64,000 bases of DNA, taken from the IMG/VR virus record IMGVR_UViG_3300045988_078288; one strand, written 5' to 3'. Numbering within the stretch: the stretch's first letter is position 1; each line of letters starts with the position of its first letter. Shown in pieces: positions 62,220 to 64,000 of this stretch. Both the position numbers and the translations under genes were made by a program. Source of the stretch: a virus. The notes under the pieces were generated by a model. That model had not been told where the DNA came from, ran no database searches, and saw nothing but the letters and a program-made list of their open reading frames with translations.

Positions 62220-62441
62220 TTATGCGGTCGCATAACACGCATTTTATATTGCCAGAATAAGCATGAAATCCCGTCTGTACAGCGATGTGCAGGCGGGATT
62301 TTTTGCGCTCCAAAAACCACCGAAAATATGCCAAATTATGCGATCGCATAAGTCGCATAAAACATGGCATTTTATATATAATTTTTATCGTTGTAAACAC
62401 TTGGTTATCAATGTGTTATTATATGTTTATGCGACCGCATA
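62220..62441. repeat. Three copies of the palindrome TTATGCGnnCGCATAA (candidate recombinase/regulator sites, possible att region)
   Basis: TTATGCGGTCGCATAA at 62220-62235, TTATGCGATCGCATAA at 62336-62351 and TTATGCGACCGCATA at 62427-62441. Each is followed by (C)GCAT...TTATAT(A)T. The surrounding sequence is AT-rich. Confidence 0.7.
62266..62304 (+). terminator. Intrinsic terminator (plus sense)
   Basis: AAATCCCGTCTG ... CAGGCGGGATTT forms a 12-bp stem with one G-U pair, followed by a T-run. Confidence 0.6.
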
Positions 62442-62589
62442 CAATCGCATCTATTATATATTATATATATAGTATATATTCATACTAACGTATTCATATA
62501 TCCTATACACATAATATATAATTTTTTCTCTTCAAAGAGAAAGCGATTTTTGGGGGTTGGAATTGGGTGTTGGAACGGTCGTTGAGGGG

Positions 62590-63783
62590 CTACGCCTTGT
62601 CGCCGTTCACGTAGTCGATAATCTTGCGCACGGCATCGTCAATTCGTTTCGTGCCGTAGGCGATATAATGGTCTGTTACGTCCGCCCAGGAGTGCCCGAG
62701 GCAGAGGGCAATCGTTTCTCGGGGTATCTCAAGCTCCGCGCCGATTGAGGCGAACGTGTAACGTGCGGTGTACACCGTAAGGTTGTCAACGATGGGTTTG
62801 TATCGAGCTGAAGGTCTGCCAGGCCCGTGCGCACGCTTAATAACCTCCCTCGTGCCGATTTGCTTTAGTCCTGCACACCAATGGTGGTAATAATGGCGGT
62901 ACGAAGCATCTGTGTCGAGCGGTGAGAGCAGCCAGTTTTTACCTCGGTATCGTCTTATGATCTCCATTGCCTCTGAGGGTATCGGTATGTCGTAGAGCTT
63001 GCCTGTCTTTCTGCGTCGGTATCTTATGCGCCCATTGTACACGTTCTCGTCTTTGAGCGTCAGAAGGTCGGCAGGGTTTATTCCGCACAGATAGAATGTC
63101 AGCATGAACAGGTCTCGACATACGCATCTCCGCTTGTCAAGCGGACAATCACGGATAGCTCGAAGCTGCTCCACGCTGATGTTGTTGATAGGTGTTTTCT
63201 CTGTTTTGATTTTATACCTCCTGAACGGATAGTTGCTCGTCCACTCGTTATCGAGTGCCCAATTAAAAACGGCTCGAACGTTTTTAATGACGAATGCCTT
63301 GTAATTTGTGCTTATCCCGTCGCCCATTGAGCGTGCGAAATTATCAAGCCATGCTTTGTCAACAGAGGCGAATGTAGCCTTGTCGTCAAACTTTTCAACC
63401 ATAACGGCGGTTCTCAAGTAGCCGTCTCTTGTATTTCCCCTTTTTTGCTCTGCGCACTTGCGGATGTAGTCAACGAGTGTTTCCTTCGGTTTGGGTTCCC
63501 TGCCCGTGATGAGAGTGCGCAGACCTTCTTTCAGTCGTTCGTGCTTCATGCCTTCATGTTCGAGGAGAAATTTGTCGATGCCGTCTATGATACGCACAAG
63601 CCGTTTTGTCTTCGCCTTTGAGTTCGGCTCGTTCTGTGCGAACGAAACGCCGTTTACAGGGTACTTCGCCATGATGCCTGTGCTCACGGCAAACTCCTTT
63701 CGGTTGTCGCGGAAAATGACGGACACGGGTATAAGTCCGTTTTCATTCCGTTTGCTTTCTTTCGTGCTGATGAAATATTTCAT
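62590..63783 (-). CDS. int: Tyrosine integrase (Bacteroides-type, with an N-terminal arm-binding/SAM-like region)
   Basis: C-terminal ...YTARYTFAS...LCLGHSWADVTDHYIAY (R, H, Y). The ATG at 63783 (MKYFISTKESKRNENGLIPV...) is preferred over the track start at 63846. Confidence 0.8.
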   Translation of the reverse strand: MKYFISTKESKRNENGLIPVSVIFRDNRKEFAVSTGIMAKYPVNGVSFAQNEPNSKAKTKRLVRIIDGIDKFLLEHEGMKHERLKEGLRTLITGREPKPKETLVDYIRKCAEQKRGNTRDGYLRTAVMVEKFDDKATFASVDKAWLDNFARSMGDGISTNYKAFVIKNVRAVFNWALDNEWTSNYPFRRYKIKTEKTPINNISVEQLRAIRDCPLDKRRCVCRDLFMLTFYLCGINPADLLTLKDENVYNGRIRYRRRKTGKLYDIPIPSEAMEIIRRYRGKNWLLSPLDTDASYRHYYHHWCAGLKQIGTREVIKRAHGPGRPSARYKPIVDNLTVYTARYTFASIGAELEIPRETIALCLGHSWADVTDHYIAYGTKRIDDAVRKIIDYVNGDKA

Positions 63784-63919
63784 AATAACGCTTGTTTTGT
63801 TCGAAATTCGCTTAAAAAGTCCACTAAAAAGTCCACCTAACACCACCTAAAAACCCCTAAAAACACATCTTGGGAATTTTTTTTAAACGCTGATGCTGAT
63901 GTTTTGTACTTGGTTTTTA

Positions 63920-63951
63920 TTTGCGTAATGCGTTGTTAATCAATACATTTG
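63920..63951 (+). promoter_or_regulatory. Bacteroides-type promoter (TTTG-N20-TACATTTG)
   Basis: TTTG at 63920-63923 and TAcaTTTG at 63944-63951, a 20-nt spacer. An ATG at 63998 lies at the window edge. Confidence 0.5.
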
Positions 63952-64000
63952 CGGTACAAATAGGGCTGTTGAAACACTTTTGCACAAACATTTCAAGATG

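Larger units (their letters stand above)
1..64000. mobile_element. Temperate siphovirus-like phage / prophage genome segment (Bacteroidota-type signals)
   Basis: Contiguous packaging, head, tail, lysis, replication and integrase modules. Two tyrosine recombinases. Most starts are A/T-rich without a Shine-Dalgarno sequence. TTTG-N20-TAnnTTTG promoter at 63920-63951. Lipoproteins have S-C lipoboxes. Confidence 0.8.

Noticed and set aside
62149-62488. Track ORFs overlapping the palindromic repeats (62149-62400 minus; 62263-62472 and 62285-62488 plus)
   Set aside because: They are built from the repeated palindromes and (TA)n-like sequence and overlap mutually in several frames. They are unlikely to be genes.
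1-64000. CRISPR arrays, rRNA genes, transposase/IS elements
   Set aside because: I saw no regularly spaced 25-40-bp direct repeats with unique spacers, no rRNA-like sequence, and no DDE or IS-type transposase ORF with terminal inverted repeats. The only dispersed repeats are the intercistronic modules and motifs described above.

Overview
This window is most of a temperate, siphovirus-like phage or prophage. Its signals look Bacteroidota-type: mostly A/T-rich, Shine-Dalgarno-poor starts, TAnnTTTG promoter boxes, S-C lipoboxes and Bacteroides-style tyrosine integrases. The layout is modular. 1-2770 (+) holds nucleotide/RNA-modification-type genes, including an RlmN/Cfr-like radical SAM enzyme and a DUF4406 protein. 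2833-30888 (-) holds accessory and lysis genes, the tail (a 1677-aa tip protein, a 2556-aa tape measure, -1 frameshifted chaperones, the tube) and the head (connectors, capsid, scaffold), interrupted by a + strand HNH homing endonuclease. 31029-35637 (+) encodes terminase, portal and a MuF-like protein. 35689-45584 (-) is the replication and DNA-metabolism module: D5/P4 helicase-primase, RuvC-like resolvase, dUTPase, N6-adenine methyltransferase and a Rha/KilAC antirepressor. 45585-46543 is an AT-rich control region. 46544-61942 (+) is a long operon of about 40 small genes separated by a repeated module (GCCTAAA box, hairpin, ATTAACCAA, AATTATG start). A second integrase with palindromic repeats sits at 62.2-63.8 kb. 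The main point of interest is a stand-alone reverse transcriptase (55177-56445) followed by about 1 kb of C-rich, hairpin-dense sequence with no conventional gene. That sequence is nevertheless stop-free in the RT frame. A second 0.8-kb gene-poor structured region begins with a tRNA-like T-arm/acceptor minihelix. No rRNA gene, complete tRNA gene or CRISPR array was found.
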